Positions 8,586 to 18,131 of a DNA stretch of 64,000 nt are shown here, one piece after another. Position 1 is the stretch's first letter, and each line of letters opens with the position of its first letter. This stretch comes from Candidatus Xenobia bacterium (GTDB lineage Bacteria; Vulcanimicrobiota; Xenobia; Xenobiales; QWHO01), in the NCBI GenBank assembly GCA_045863235.1, contig BTUM01000001.1:96001-160000 (forward strand). Reading direction: 5' to 3'. The translations under genes were made by a program, and so were the position numbers. The notes beneath the pieces were generated by a model. That model had not been told where the DNA came from. It made no database searches and saw only the letters and a list, made by a program, of their open reading frames with translations.

Positions 8586-10104
8586 CTCGGCTCCTTTCCA
8601 AAGCAGCCCCCGTACGCCCCTTATGGTAGCAAAAATCCTCAGGCGGGTAAATCATTCTTGCCGTCACCGGTACGAATCTACCGGTGCCGAAAGCCTTCTC
8701 GCTGACCTTCAACCCGATGGGCCCCTGGCGGCGTTTGTGTTCCGAGCGCGCCAGTTCGGGTGACCAGGTCTGCTTCTGCACCAGCTCTTCGAGTTGAGGA
8801 GCAAGACTGGGGTAGTCAAAGGGGTCGACCTGGCCTTCGCTCAACTCGGCGCTGGGGGGTCGGGAGAGGATGAACTCGGGGATCTCCGGGTAGAGTCGGG
8901 CCAGTTGGTAGACCTGAGGCTTGGTCAGGTCGTTGAGAGGGCCCAGCGTGCCGCAAAGGTCTCCATACAGAGTGCCGTAGCCGAGCGTCAGCTCGGTCTT
9001 GTTGCTGGTGTTGAGCAGCAACCCGGAGCCCTGATTGACCCGGGCCATCAGGGCGACCATGCGCAGGCGGGCCTGCAGGTTCTCGGCCGCAGTCCCGGTC
9101 ACTCCCAGCAGATGCCGGGCCGGCTCGTAGATGGGCTCCAGGGGGACCACCTCGAGCTCGATTCCCAGCTGCGCGGCCAGCTCGGTCGCGCTTTCGGTGG
9201 AACGAGGGTCGGTGTGGCGCGACGGGAGCGCCAGGGCTCGGACCCGATCCGGGCCTAATGCCTCCACGGCCAGGCACGCTACCAGCGCCGAATCGATGCC
9301 TCCGGAGAGACCCAGGACGGCCTGTCGCACCCCGTTCTTGGCAAAGAACCCCCGGATGCCCAGGACCAGGGCGCGCCGCAGCTCCTCGCTCGGGCTCAGC
9401 TCCTGGAAAGGAGACACGGGGAAGTCGACCTCCTCCTCGAATCGCGGCAGGGCGCCCACCAGGTTGCCGGATTGGTCCAGGGCAAAGCTGCCGCCGTCGA
9501 AGATCAGCTCGTCCTGGGCCCCCACTGCGTTGCAATAGTAGACGCTTTTGCCCGTCCGTCGAGCTGCCTGCAGGCGCCGGGGGAAGATTTCCCTTCGATA
9601 GGGCGAGGCGTTGAGTGCGATCACCAGCCTGGAGTCGGTGCTGGGCAGATCGCCCCACAGGTCCTCGCAAATGCGCAGTTCGAAGGGCGGAAGTCCTGGC
9701 AGGCTCAGAACCTCGGCCTGCTGGCCCGGAATGAACCAGCGATTTTCATGGAAGACATCCTGGCCGGGCAGGAGGCGCTTGGCCTGCATCCCGATCTGCC
9801 GCCCCTGGTGAAGGAGGACGGCACCGTTGTACAGGCCTTGCTCGCAGCGCAGGGGGGTTCCCACCACCAGCGGCGGCCCCTCACTGGTAGCCGCTGTCAG
9901 CAGCTCCAGGGTGCGCTCTACGGCGGGCAGAAAGTCGGGCTCGAAGAGCAGGTCGCGCGGGGGGTAGCCGCTCAGGACCAGCTCGGGATAGACCACCAGG
10001 TCGGCCTGAAGGCGCTCGGCCCGGCGGTGGGCCGCCAGGATGCGCTCCAGGTTGCCGGCCAGATCCCCGATGCGGCTATCGATTTGCGCCATGCAGATGT
10101 TCAT
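8428..10104 (-). CDS. nadE: Glutamine-dependent NAD+ synthetase
   Basis: Nitrilase domain (PEL, KRLLP, ICED) plus synthetase motifs GLSGGIDS, ENLQARLR, NKTE..GYGTLYGD, PSAEL. Start ATG 10104 overlaps the upstream stop; the 3' end is anomalously long. Confidence 0.92.
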   Translation of the reverse strand: MNICMAQIDSRIGDLAGNLERILAAHRRAERLQADLVVYPELVLSGYPPRDLLFEPDFLPAVERTLELLTAATSEGPPLVVGTPLRCEQGLYNGAVLLHQGRQIGMQAKRLLPGQDVFHENRWFIPGQQAEVLSLPGLPPFELRICEDLWGDLPSTDSRLVIALNASPYRREIFPRRLQAARRTGKSVYYCNAVGAQDELIFDGGSFALDQSGNLVGALPRFEEEVDFPVSPFQELSPSEELRRALVLGIRGFFAKNGVRQAVLGLSGGIDSALVACLAVEALGPDRVRALALPSRHTDPRSTESATELAAQLGIELEVVPLEPIYEPARHLLGVTGTAAENLQARLRMVALMARVNQGSGLLLNTSNKTELTLGYGTLYGDLCGTLGPLNDLTKPQVYQLARLYPEIPEFILSRPPSAELSEGQVDPFDYPSLAPQLEELVQKQTWSPELARSEHKRRQGPIGLKVSEKAFGTGRFVPVTARMIYPPEDFCYHKGRTGAALERSRDGQPGAPSLHSAGGRSTDEPANASERPDRPGLRGGYSQQRSGSRGGLSGIAL

Positions 10105-10997
10105 GCCGCCAGCACCTCTCCACTCACGGCCTGCAGGAGGTTCAGGGCCGAGAGCACGGTGTGGCTGCGCAGGCACACCTCATCTCCCAGCATGAAGGTG
10201 CGATAGCCCAGCAGCAAGAGATGCGCGGCATCCCCCAGGTCGGCCGCTTCGGGCACCTCGCAGCGAGCGAGCGAGCCGAACAGCCGACTGGCTACGATGG
10301 CCCGCGGGTCGGCCTGCAGCACCTGGCGCAGAGCTCCCAGAACCCGATGGGGGCGGACGACCTCGACGTAGAGATCGCCTCGAGCGGCCATCAAGCGGCC
10401 GTGCCTCGGGCCGTGCCTTCGGGCGAACTCAAGTCCGCGCTGGGATTCGATCTTGCACACCACCTCGGCTCCCGGCAGGTGACGGTGCACCTCCGCCACA
10501 TCCTCCGGTCGTTCGGTGAAGCTCAGCATGACCTGGCTCATCCCCAGCTCTCGCATCGCCTCGAGGTACTCGCGGTCGGTCTGGGTCAGGGTTCCTTCCA
10601 CGGTCAGGTCGGAGGCCACCAGGTTGACCGATTCACCCGGCCCGATCAGCCGACGAGGGCCATCCTCGAGGATCAGACGGTCGCCTTCGGCAGCCACCAC
10701 CCGGGCCATTTCCCGGCCATCCGAGAAGAAAGCCGTGGCCGGAGCGGTGAACTGCACCCGGTGGCTGACCCGGACCTCGGTGAAGGGGGGGATGGCCGCG
10801 CCCACGACCCGGAGCTGGCGGGCCTTGAGGTCCACCCAGATCGGTTTGCCACAACTTGCCAGCCGGCGCAGGACAGGCCGCAGGTCGCCCTGGACCGGCA
10901 TCACAGTGTTGAGCCGCAAACCCTGAACCAGGGGGTGGGCGGCCACCTCCTCGAGGAAGGTGGCGTAGGGAGGAACCGTCACGATGGCGCCGATCAT
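10101..10997 (-). CDS. Pyruvate-kinase-like protein (barrel plus lid only, 298 aa)
   Basis: RLN, DLK..QLR, SF, KIE, ARGDL, MLGDE motifs; no C-terminal allosteric domain. Confidence 0.8.
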   Translation of the reverse strand: MIGAIVTVPPYATFLEEVAAHPLVQGLRLNTVMPVQGDLRPVLRRLASCGKPIWVDLKARQLRVVGAAIPPFTEVRVSHRVQFTAPATAFFSDGREMARVVAAEGDRLILEDGPRRLIGPGESVNLVASDLTVEGTLTQTDREYLEAMRELGMSQVMLSFTERPEDVAEVHRHLPGAEVVCKIESQRGLEFARRHGPRHGRLMAARGDLYVEVVRPHRVLGALRQVLQADPRAIVASRLFGSLARCEVPEAADLGDAAHLLLLGYRTFMLGDEVCLRSHTVLSALNLLQAVSGEVLAA

Positions 10998-10999
10998 GC

Positions 11000-11914
11000 T
11001 CACCCCGCCCGGCGCGTGGTGCGCCCCCGGCGACGGGTCAGGGCGACCTCCAGGCCGCGGTCGACCCGAGCCACGGTGCCGCTCGACTGGCGGGCGGCCA
11101 GGTTGGTCTGGAAGTCGGCGTAGCATCCCCAATGACGGGCGATCAGTCCCATCGCATAGTCCACCGCGCGCTTCTCATCGTCGATGTGGAGAATGTGCTG
11201 CTCGCCCACGGCCTGGCTCCACTGTTGGTCCACGTGGTCGCCCGGACGGCCTGGCCGGCGCAGGAACCAGGCGTTGTAGCGGGTGGCCAGGGCTCTCCAC
11301 TCGGCCAGCCCATCGCTATCCTGGGCGGGGCGGTCTCCGATCACGTCGCGCACTTGAGCCGTCTTGACCTTGGGGTGCATGGGCGCGTCTCCGAACACGA
11401 TCAAGAAGGGCTTCTCCTCGGTGGGGGCCAGCGTGACGTGGTGATTGACCCACCAGGCGAAGAGCTCGTAGCTCTCGGGCTCGTCGCCCCCGCCACCTTC
11501 GCCGTAGATGGCCTTGAGCTGGGTCTCCAGGTTGAAGCCGCGCGAGAAGCTGGTCACCTGCAAGGGCCAGCGGTCGCAGTGGGCGTCACCGATGGCCGCA
11601 AAGCAGATCTCGAGATCGGGGCGATACTGCGACAGAGTGTTGTAGAGCAACGGCAGGCGGTCGAAGATCTCGGCCGGCCAGTGGGCCATCGAGCCGGTCA
11701 CGTCCACGGCCACGATCAGCGGATTCTTGGAAGTCGATTGCAGGCTCTTGGCCGGGCTGGTCAGGGCCTCATCGGGACGGTGGACTGCGTAAGTGCGGGG
11801 TCCGGCGGCGGCGGCTGCATGTGCTTCGCGGGCGCGAGCACCGGCGCGGGCCGAGTCGAAACGGTAGGCCCCCGGTCGGGCCCAGTCTTCCATCGAGTCA
11901 TCCCAGCTATACAT
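11000..11914 (-). CDS. von Willebrand factor A (VWA) domain protein
   Basis: MIDAS-like DVTGSM, GEGGGGDEPESY, FGDAP; AAGGAG SD upstream. Confidence 0.82.
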   Translation of the reverse strand: MYSWDDSMEDWARPGAYRFDSARAGARAREAHAAAAAGPRTYAVHRPDEALTSPAKSLQSTSKNPLIVAVDVTGSMAHWPAEIFDRLPLLYNTLSQYRPDLEICFAAIGDAHCDRWPLQVTSFSRGFNLETQLKAIYGEGGGGDEPESYELFAWWVNHHVTLAPTEEKPFLIVFGDAPMHPKVKTAQVRDVIGDRPAQDSDGLAEWRALATRYNAWFLRRPGRPGDHVDQQWSQAVGEQHILHIDDEKRAVDYAMGLIARHWGCYADFQTNLAARQSSGTVARVDRGLEVALTRRRGRTTRRAG

Positions 11915-11943
11915 CGAAGGGGTGTCTCCTTTACACTTTATGA

Positions 11944-11977
11944 TTATACTCTACAGGAGCATAAGGTGATTTGTCAA
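11944..11977 (-). promoter_or_regulatory. Sigma70-type promoter overlapped by a 21-bp palindromic operator (NrtR-like)
   Basis: Minus strand TTGACA (11977-11972), N18, TAGAGT; palindrome TTATACTC-N5-GAGCATAA at 11944-11964. Confidence 0.6.
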
Positions 11978-12022
11978 GTGTCAGAAGGACAAGAACTCGA
12001 CCGAGTGCAAAGTGGGGATCTC

Positions 12023-12913
12023 ATGCGGTTCGGGCTTCAAGCTTCCCGGGTGAGCACGCTCCAGGAGCTGCGCTCGACCCTGTCGTGGGCCGAGCAGTCC
12101 GGATTCGAGGCCGTTTACTGGCCTGACCATCTCATGGGCACGCCGCTGGCCGTCGGCCCGACCCTGGCCACGGCGGCTCAGCTCTCCAGCCGACTACGTC
12201 TGGGCAGTCTCGTCTACGCCAATGACTTTCGTCATCCGCTATTGTTGGCTCGCGAGCTGGCCACTCTCCAGCTCCTCTCGGGAGGGCGCATGGTATGCGG
12301 CCTGGGCACTGGCTGGCAGGAGTCGGAGTATCGGGCTACGGGTCTGGCGCTGGACCCTCCAGGCTTGCGCTTGAGTCGGCTGGAGGAGGCGGTGGCCCTG
12401 CTCAAACGAGCCTGGTCGGGCCAGACGTTCAGTTTCTCGGGAGAGCACTACCAGGTCAGCGAATTCGTCTGCTCTCCCAGTGTGGCGCCGCCGCTTCTGA
12501 TGTTGGGCGGGGGCGGACGCCGTTTGCTCTCGCTGGCTGCCCGCCAGGCGGACGGGGTCAATTTCAATGCCCGCCTGGGACCCGAGTTTGACCTGTATAC
12601 CGACCAGCGTCTGGCCGAGCAGGTGGAGTGGGTGCGCGAGCAGGCCGGTGGGCGCTTCCACCAGCTGCGGTTGAGCCTGCCTGTTTACTACGGTGCAGTC
12701 GGTCCTGACACGCGGGCGGCCCAGGAGGTGGCCGCCCTGGGCCGGGGCTTCACTCCCGAGCAGGCGGCTCGCAGCCCGCTCTTTCTCTTTGGCAGCCTGG
12801 AGCAGGTGCGCGAGCGGCTGTCCGAGTTGACGGAGCGCTTTGGCATCGGACAGGTGATCCTCAGCCAGTATGGTTGTGATCTCGAGAGCCTGGCGTCGGT
12901 TGTTTCAAACTGA
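12023..12913 (+). CDS. LLM-class (luciferase-like) flavin/F420-dependent oxidoreductase
   Basis: MRFG start, PDHL, LGSLV..NDFRHP, SGGR..GLGTGW, AARQAD. Confidence 0.88.
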   Translation: MRFGLQASRVSTLQELRSTLSWAEQSGFEAVYWPDHLMGTPLAVGPTLATAAQLSSRLRLGSLVYANDFRHPLLLARELATLQLLSGGRMVCGLGTGWQESEYRATGLALDPPGLRLSRLEEAVALLKRAWSGQTFSFSGEHYQVSEFVCSPSVAPPLLMLGGGGRRLLSLAARQADGVNFNARLGPEFDLYTDQRLAEQVEWVREQAGGRFHQLRLSLPVYYGAVGPDTRAAQEVAALGRGFTPEQAARSPLFLFGSLEQVRERLSELTERFGIGQVILSQYGCDLESLASVVSN

Positions 12914-13174
12914 CTCGAGGTCGTCCAGGTCGAAGCAGGCTTCTTCCCCCACATCCAGGCCAAAGTCAGTCAGCACTTCCTGGTAGAGCTCTTCAAACAA
13001 ACGGTCATGCGGCCCGGCTGCTTCGTCGGGATGGATCAGGGCGGTCAAACCGTCCAGGTAGGCTATCGCCTCGGGATATTCATCGCGGTGCGAGCGCGAC
13101 CATTCGGCGTAGCCGGGCAGGTCCAGCAAGCGCATCTCGCGCGATTCGGCCACGCGTCGCTCGAAATCGTTCAT
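12905..13174 (-). CDS. Hypothetical acidic protein
   Basis: ORF MNDFERRVAE... with host-like codon usage; no recognisable motif. Confidence 0.5.
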   Translation of the reverse strand: MNDFERRVAESREMRLLDLPGYAEWSRSHRDEYPEAIAYLDGLTALIHPDEAAGPHDRLFEELYQEVLTDFGLDVGEEACFDLDDLESV

Positions 13175-13339
13175 GGCTGCCCCTTCGGGTTGCTCGCGAG
13201 GACTCCCTGGCAGTGGAGGCAAGACCCGCATGGAGGGCCCCGGACGGACAAGCGTTTCGCAGCGGGAGCCGACAGGGATTTCGGCGAAACAATTCAGCAA
13301 GTTTCTGCGTCTAAGGATCGGTAAGTCCAGGAAAGAAGG

Positions 13340-14917
13340 GTGAAGTACGACTTGATAGCTACCACCACAATCCCCTCGCGGCTCCGCTCAGCCATGGTCC
13401 TCGTGTTGTTGCTGGCCAGCCTGGTGCCGGCCCTGGCGGCCGGCCCGTCCGACAAGGCCAAAGCCGGCGCCTCCATGGTCACCGAGCTGATGGGCCTGGT
13501 CCAGCGCGAATTCATCTACGAGACGACCGCGCCCAAGCTGGTCAACAGCACCATTGACGGCCTCAAGGCGGCCCTGAACGAGAAGAAGATCGACAGCGCC
13601 GAGCTCAAGCACGTGGAGGCCAACCTCTCCACCGAAGAGGCCTATACGGCCTTCACCAACCAGTTCGTGCAGATGGCTGCCCTTCACCCCGAGTTGATGA
13701 AGGATCAGTGGCTCACCTACACGGCCACTGTCTCCATGCTGAAGGTGCTCGACGATCCTTACACCGTCTTCCTGAGCCCGTCTGAGTATCAGAAGCTGAA
13801 AGAGCAGATGAGCGGAGGCAACTTTGGGGGCCTGGGGATCTACATCGAACTCGACGAGAAGAACGAAAAATGGCTCACCGTCGTCGAGCCCATCGAGGAC
13901 ACGCCCGCTTCCCGGGCCGGCCTCAAGCCTCGCGACGTCATTATCAAGATCGACGGTAAGTCCACCAAAGGGTTCACGGTCGATCAGGCCCAGTCCCATC
14001 TGCGCGGCAAGCCGGGGTCGGAGGTCATTTTGACCATCCGACGCAAGAACGCGGGCGACCCGTTCGATGTCAAGCTCAAGCGTGAGATCATCCAGGTGGC
14101 CACCGTGCGCGGAAACCTGGTCGAGGAGAAGGGTCACAAGGTCGGTTATGTCAAGCTGCGCCTGTTCGGCGAGAAGACCAACCAGGAGCTCGAGGCGACC
14201 ATGCGTGAGCTGGAAGCCCAGGGGGCCGAGGCCTTCGTGCTCGATATCCGCAACAACGGCGGTGGCTACATCGGCACGGCCGTAGATGTGTGTTCCAAAT
14301 TCCTGCCGACCGGCAGCCGGGTGGTCACCGTCAACGAGCGGGCTGCCGGCGAGACTCGCTATGACTCGCGTCCCAACATGCGCAACACGGTGCCTCTGGT
14401 CATCCTGGTCAACGAGTATTCGGCCAGCGCCTCGGAGATTACGGCCGGCGCGATCCAGGACCTTCAGGCCGGTAAACTGGTCGGCATGAAGACTTTTGGC
14501 AAAGGCAGCGTTCAGAAGATCTACCCTCTCCCGGACGGCTCGGCCATCAAGGTGACGACCGCCCACTACCTGACCCCCGCCGGCAAGGACCTGCACAAGA
14601 AAGGCGTCGAGCCCGACATCAAGGTCGAGATGCAGGGAGATAAGATTGGCACGCCCGAGGATGTGCAATTCAAGAAAGCCGTCGAGATCGTGCTCTCGGA
14701 GCTCCCCGAGACCGCTTCCACCGCTGGAAAGGTCTTCCCGGACGCCATCCGGGTGTCCAGCGTGGCCGAGCAGATGCACTATCTCGAGTCCTACCAGATT
14801 CTCGACCGCAAGGTTCGCAATCAGGACGGTTTCCTGCTCGAGGAAGTGCGGGTGAAGGACCCCTCTGGTGCTGAGAAGACCATCCTGTTCGACATCTCCA
14901 CCATGCTGGGTCAGTAA
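13340..14917 (+). CDS. S41 family C-terminal processing protease (PDZ)
   Basis: DDPY, GLGI, PDZ domain, DIRNNGGG, SASASEI, TFGKG. Confidence 0.93.
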   Translation: MKYDLIATTTIPSRLRSAMVLVLLLASLVPALAAGPSDKAKAGASMVTELMGLVQREFIYETTAPKLVNSTIDGLKAALNEKKIDSAELKHVEANLSTEEAYTAFTNQFVQMAALHPELMKDQWLTYTATVSMLKVLDDPYTVFLSPSEYQKLKEQMSGGNFGGLGIYIELDEKNEKWLTVVEPIEDTPASRAGLKPRDVIIKIDGKSTKGFTVDQAQSHLRGKPGSEVILTIRRKNAGDPFDVKLKREIIQVATVRGNLVEEKGHKVGYVKLRLFGEKTNQELEATMRELEAQGAEAFVLDIRNNGGGYIGTAVDVCSKFLPTGSRVVTVNERAAGETRYDSRPNMRNTVPLVILVNEYSASASEITAGAIQDLQAGKLVGMKTFGKGSVQKIYPLPDGSAIKVTTAHYLTPAGKDLHKKGVEPDIKVEMQGDKIGTPEDVQFKKAVEIVLSELPETASTAGKVFPDAIRVSSVAEQMHYLESYQILDRKVRNQDGFLLEEVRVKDPSGAEKTILFDISTMLGQ

Positions 14918-14919
14918 GG

Positions 14920-16266
14920 ATGCGTCACTATCGGGCCGGCTGGGTCGCGCTGATCCTGATCCTGTCGGTGGGCGGGTCGGCCTGGCTTTTCCAGGCCGCC
15001 TACTACCGGCTCCACCCGGCCGCGCCCGGGCCTCAGGGTCACGTGGCCCAGCTGCTCGAAGCCCTGGAAGGCGAATACGTCAAGCCCCTGACCCCGCTGG
15101 CCCTGCTCAAGGGTGGGGTCAAAGGGATGCGAACCGCTCTGGAGGATGAGAAAGTCTCTCTCAAGGATCTCCCGGCGCTGGTCGGGACCCGGCGGGAAGA
15201 GCTCTTGAAGAGCTTTGACGGCATCTTCGAAGAGTGTCTGCTGCGCTCGCAGGGCAAGCTGAGCCGGGAAGAGCTGACCTATGCCGCCCTGCGGGGCATG
15301 ATCGAGAGCCTGGACGATCCTTACTGCGACGTGATGACCCCCAAGGAGAATGCCGAGTTCGAGTCCGAGATGGCCGGCGGCAACTTCGGGGGCATCGGCA
15401 TCTACATCGAGGCCGATCCGCGTCATAACAATCGGCTCACCGTCACCGAGCCGATCGAGGGGAGCCCGGCCGAGAAGGCGGGCTTTCGGCCCGGCGACCT
15501 GATCGTCAAGATTGGGGACCGCTCCACCAAGAGCATGAGCGTAGAGGACGCCGCCAACCTGATCCGGGGACCGAAGGGCACCGAAGTCGTCGTCACCGTG
15601 CAGCGTCCGGGAGGAAAACCCCAGACGCATCGGCTCAAGCGGGCCACCATCCACGTCAGCAGCGTCAACTCCAAGATGCTGGCCAAGGACATCGGCTATC
15701 TGCGCCTTCGCATGTTTGGCGACGAGACCGACCAGGAGTTTGCCCAGGAGCTGGATGAGTTGCGTGAGAAAGGCGCCAAAGCGCTGATCCTGGATCTTCG
15801 AAACAATGGCGGCGGTTACGTGACTGCGGCCGAGTCGGTCTGCTCGCACTTTCTCGACAAGGGCCAGCTGATCGTCAGCGTGGTCAACAGCCGCACATCG
15901 CGCAACGAGAGCTACACCTCCAACGGCCGTGACCTGGAGCCGCTGCCGATGGTGGTGCTGATCAACCGTTTCTCAGCCTCGGCCTCGGAGATCACCGCCG
16001 GCTGCTTGCAGGACCATCAACTGGCCACTTTGATGGGCGAGACCAGCTACGGCAAGGCCAGCGTGCAGAAGCTGTTGGAGCTGGAAGATGGGGGTGCGGT
16101 CAAGTTCACCGTGGCCCACTACCTCACGCCCGAGGGGCGCGACATCCACCACAAGGGCATCGCGCCCGACATCAAGCTGGAAGATTCCGACATCGCTCCG
16201 GGGGAGGACGATCCCATGCTGCGGGCGGCTACCCGTCAGCTGGAAAAACGCCTGGTCAAGCTATGA
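14920..16266 (+). CDS. S41 family C-terminal processing protease (second paralog)
   Basis: DDPY, GIGI, DLRNNGGG, SASASEI, SYGKA. Confidence 0.93.
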   Translation: MRHYRAGWVALILILSVGGSAWLFQAAYYRLHPAAPGPQGHVAQLLEALEGEYVKPLTPLALLKGGVKGMRTALEDEKVSLKDLPALVGTRREELLKSFDGIFEECLLRSQGKLSREELTYAALRGMIESLDDPYCDVMTPKENAEFESEMAGGNFGGIGIYIEADPRHNNRLTVTEPIEGSPAEKAGFRPGDLIVKIGDRSTKSMSVEDAANLIRGPKGTEVVVTVQRPGGKPQTHRLKRATIHVSSVNSKMLAKDIGYLRLRMFGDETDQEFAQELDELREKGAKALILDLRNNGGGYVTAAESVCSHFLDKGQLIVSVVNSRTSRNESYTSNGRDLEPLPMVVLINRFSASASEITAGCLQDHQLATLMGETSYGKASVQKLLELEDGGAVKFTVAHYLTPEGRDIHHKGIAPDIKLEDSDIAPGEDDPMLRAATRQLEKRLVKL

Positions 16267-18107
16267 GCCCCCTGGAGGTCTCCCTGCGCAGCCTCCCCGA
16301 CGCCCCCGGGGTCTACGTGATGCGCGACAAGCAACAGCGTGTGCTCTACGTGGGCAAGGCCAGCTCGCTCAAGAGCCGGGTGCGCTCCTACTTTCAGTCC
16401 GGCCAGGACCTGACCCCCCGCATTCGGGCCATGGTGCGCCGCGTGACCGGCCTGGAGACCTTCGTGGTCGCCAGCCCCATGGAAGCGCTGGTGCTCGAGT
16501 GCAACCTGATCAAGCAGCACCGTCCCTACTTCAACGTCAAGTACCGCGATGACAAGCGCTATCCGCTGCTGGAGGTAACCACCTCCGAGACTTATCCCCG
16601 GCTCAAGCTGGTGCGCACGCGCCGCAACAGCAAGAATCGCTATTTCGGGCCCTTTCCGGATGCCGGTGCCCTGCGTCGGACGATGAAGATCTTGCAGAAC
16701 GTCTTCCGAATCCGCACCTGTAAGATCCCGATGACCAGGGTGATCGAGCGGCCCTGTCTGGATTACTACATCGAGCTCTGCACCGCGCCCTGCACCCGCT
16801 TCGTGACGGTCGAGGAGTATGGCCGGCAGGTGGAGCTGGCCCTGGAGTTTCTCGAGGGCCACACCGACCGGCTGATGGGGACCCTGCGCCAGGAGATGGC
16901 CGAGCAGGCTCGGGCTCTGCAGTTCGAGCAGGCCGCCCGGCTGCGCAACATGCTGGCCGACCTGGAGCGGGTCAGCGAGAAGCAGCGGGTGGTGCTCTCC
17001 GAGCCCGAGGACGAGGACTACGTAGCGTTGGTGGCCCACCGTTCCGAGGTGGGAGTGCAGATCATGCAGGTGCGCGAGGGCAAACTGGTGGGCCAGCATC
17101 ACGTGATGCTCGAAACTCACGGTGAGCAGGACGAGTCGGCTCAGATGGCGGCCGTGCTCAAGCAATACTACCAGGTGGCGGGTTACCTGCCGCGGCGCAT
17201 TCTCACCAGTCACCCGCCCGAAGAGCCCGAGCTGCTGGCGGAATGGCTCAGCCAGCTGCGCGGCCGCCCGGTCGAGCTGCGAGTGCCCCAGCGCGGTGAC
17301 AAGAAGCGATTGATGGAGCTCTGCAGCGAGAATGGCCGTCAGGCGGTGCTGCGCGAGGCGCTCACCCCCTCACGCTTCGAGCGTCGCCGCAAAGGCCTGG
17401 AGGAGCTTCGCGAGGCGCTGGCTCTGGAGGAGCTGCCCTGGCGCATCGAGTGCGTGGACATCTCCAACATTCAGGGAAAGCAAGCGGTCGGCTCTCTGGT
17501 CGCTTTCGAGCACGGTGTGCCGCGTCGCGATCGCTATCGCCGCTTCAAGATCAAGACCAAGGACACGCCTGACGACTTCTGGATGATGGGCGAGGTGCTC
17601 ACTCGCCGCTTTACCGCTTTCCTGGCCGGCGATCCCAAGTTCAGCGAGCTACCCGACCTGTTGGTCGTGGACGGAGGAAAGGGCCAGTTGGGAGTTGCTC
17701 GGGGCGTGCTGGAGCGGTTGGAGCTGCTGGGAGCGGTGCAACTTTGCGCTCTGGCCAAGGAGAACGAGTGGCTCTTCGTGCCCGGCCAGAGCGACCCCAT
17801 CGTGCTGGCCCGGGGCACCGATGGCCTGGCTGTAGTGACCCACCTGCGCGACGAGGCCCATCGATTTGCCATCACTTACCATCGCAAGCTCCGCGGCCAG
17901 GCCTTCACGCGCAGCAGCTTGGAGAGCGCCCCGGGCATCGGCAAGGAACGCCGGGAGGCTTTGTTGCGCTATTTTGGTTCGCTCAGAAAGCTGCAAGAGG
18001 CCCCCGTGGAGGAGTTGGCCCGGGTGACCGGTATCGGCCAGCGTCTTGCGGCTACCTTGTATGCCCACCTGCATCCGGAAGAGGAGGCTGTGAGCGCAGG
18101 CTCCTGA
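16263..18107 (+). CDS. uvrC: Excinuclease ABC subunit C
   Basis: GIY-YIG (PGVY...YVGKA), UVR domain, RIECVDIS, DGGKGQ, RDEAHRFA, HhH. Confidence 0.97.
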   Translation: MSPLEVSLRSLPDAPGVYVMRDKQQRVLYVGKASSLKSRVRSYFQSGQDLTPRIRAMVRRVTGLETFVVASPMEALVLECNLIKQHRPYFNVKYRDDKRYPLLEVTTSETYPRLKLVRTRRNSKNRYFGPFPDAGALRRTMKILQNVFRIRTCKIPMTRVIERPCLDYYIELCTAPCTRFVTVEEYGRQVELALEFLEGHTDRLMGTLRQEMAEQARALQFEQAARLRNMLADLERVSEKQRVVLSEPEDEDYVALVAHRSEVGVQIMQVREGKLVGQHHVMLETHGEQDESAQMAAVLKQYYQVAGYLPRRILTSHPPEEPELLAEWLSQLRGRPVELRVPQRGDKKRLMELCSENGRQAVLREALTPSRFERRRKGLEELREALALEELPWRIECVDISNIQGKQAVGSLVAFEHGVPRRDRYRRFKIKTKDTPDDFWMMGEVLTRRFTAFLAGDPKFSELPDLLVVDGGKGQLGVARGVLERLELLGAVQLCALAKENEWLFVPGQSDPIVLARGTDGLAVVTHLRDEAHRFAITYHRKLRGQAFTRSSLESAPGIGKERREALLRYFGSLRKLQEAPVEELARVTGIGQRLAATLYAHLHPEEEAVSAGS

Positions 18108-18131
18108 GCGCTCGAGAGAGAACCAGTTCCC

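Noticed and set aside
11132..12022. N-terminal 297 aa of the 593-aa ORF 11132-12913
   Set aside because: Antisense to the VWA gene and crosses the promoter region; the LLM protein starts at ATG 12023.
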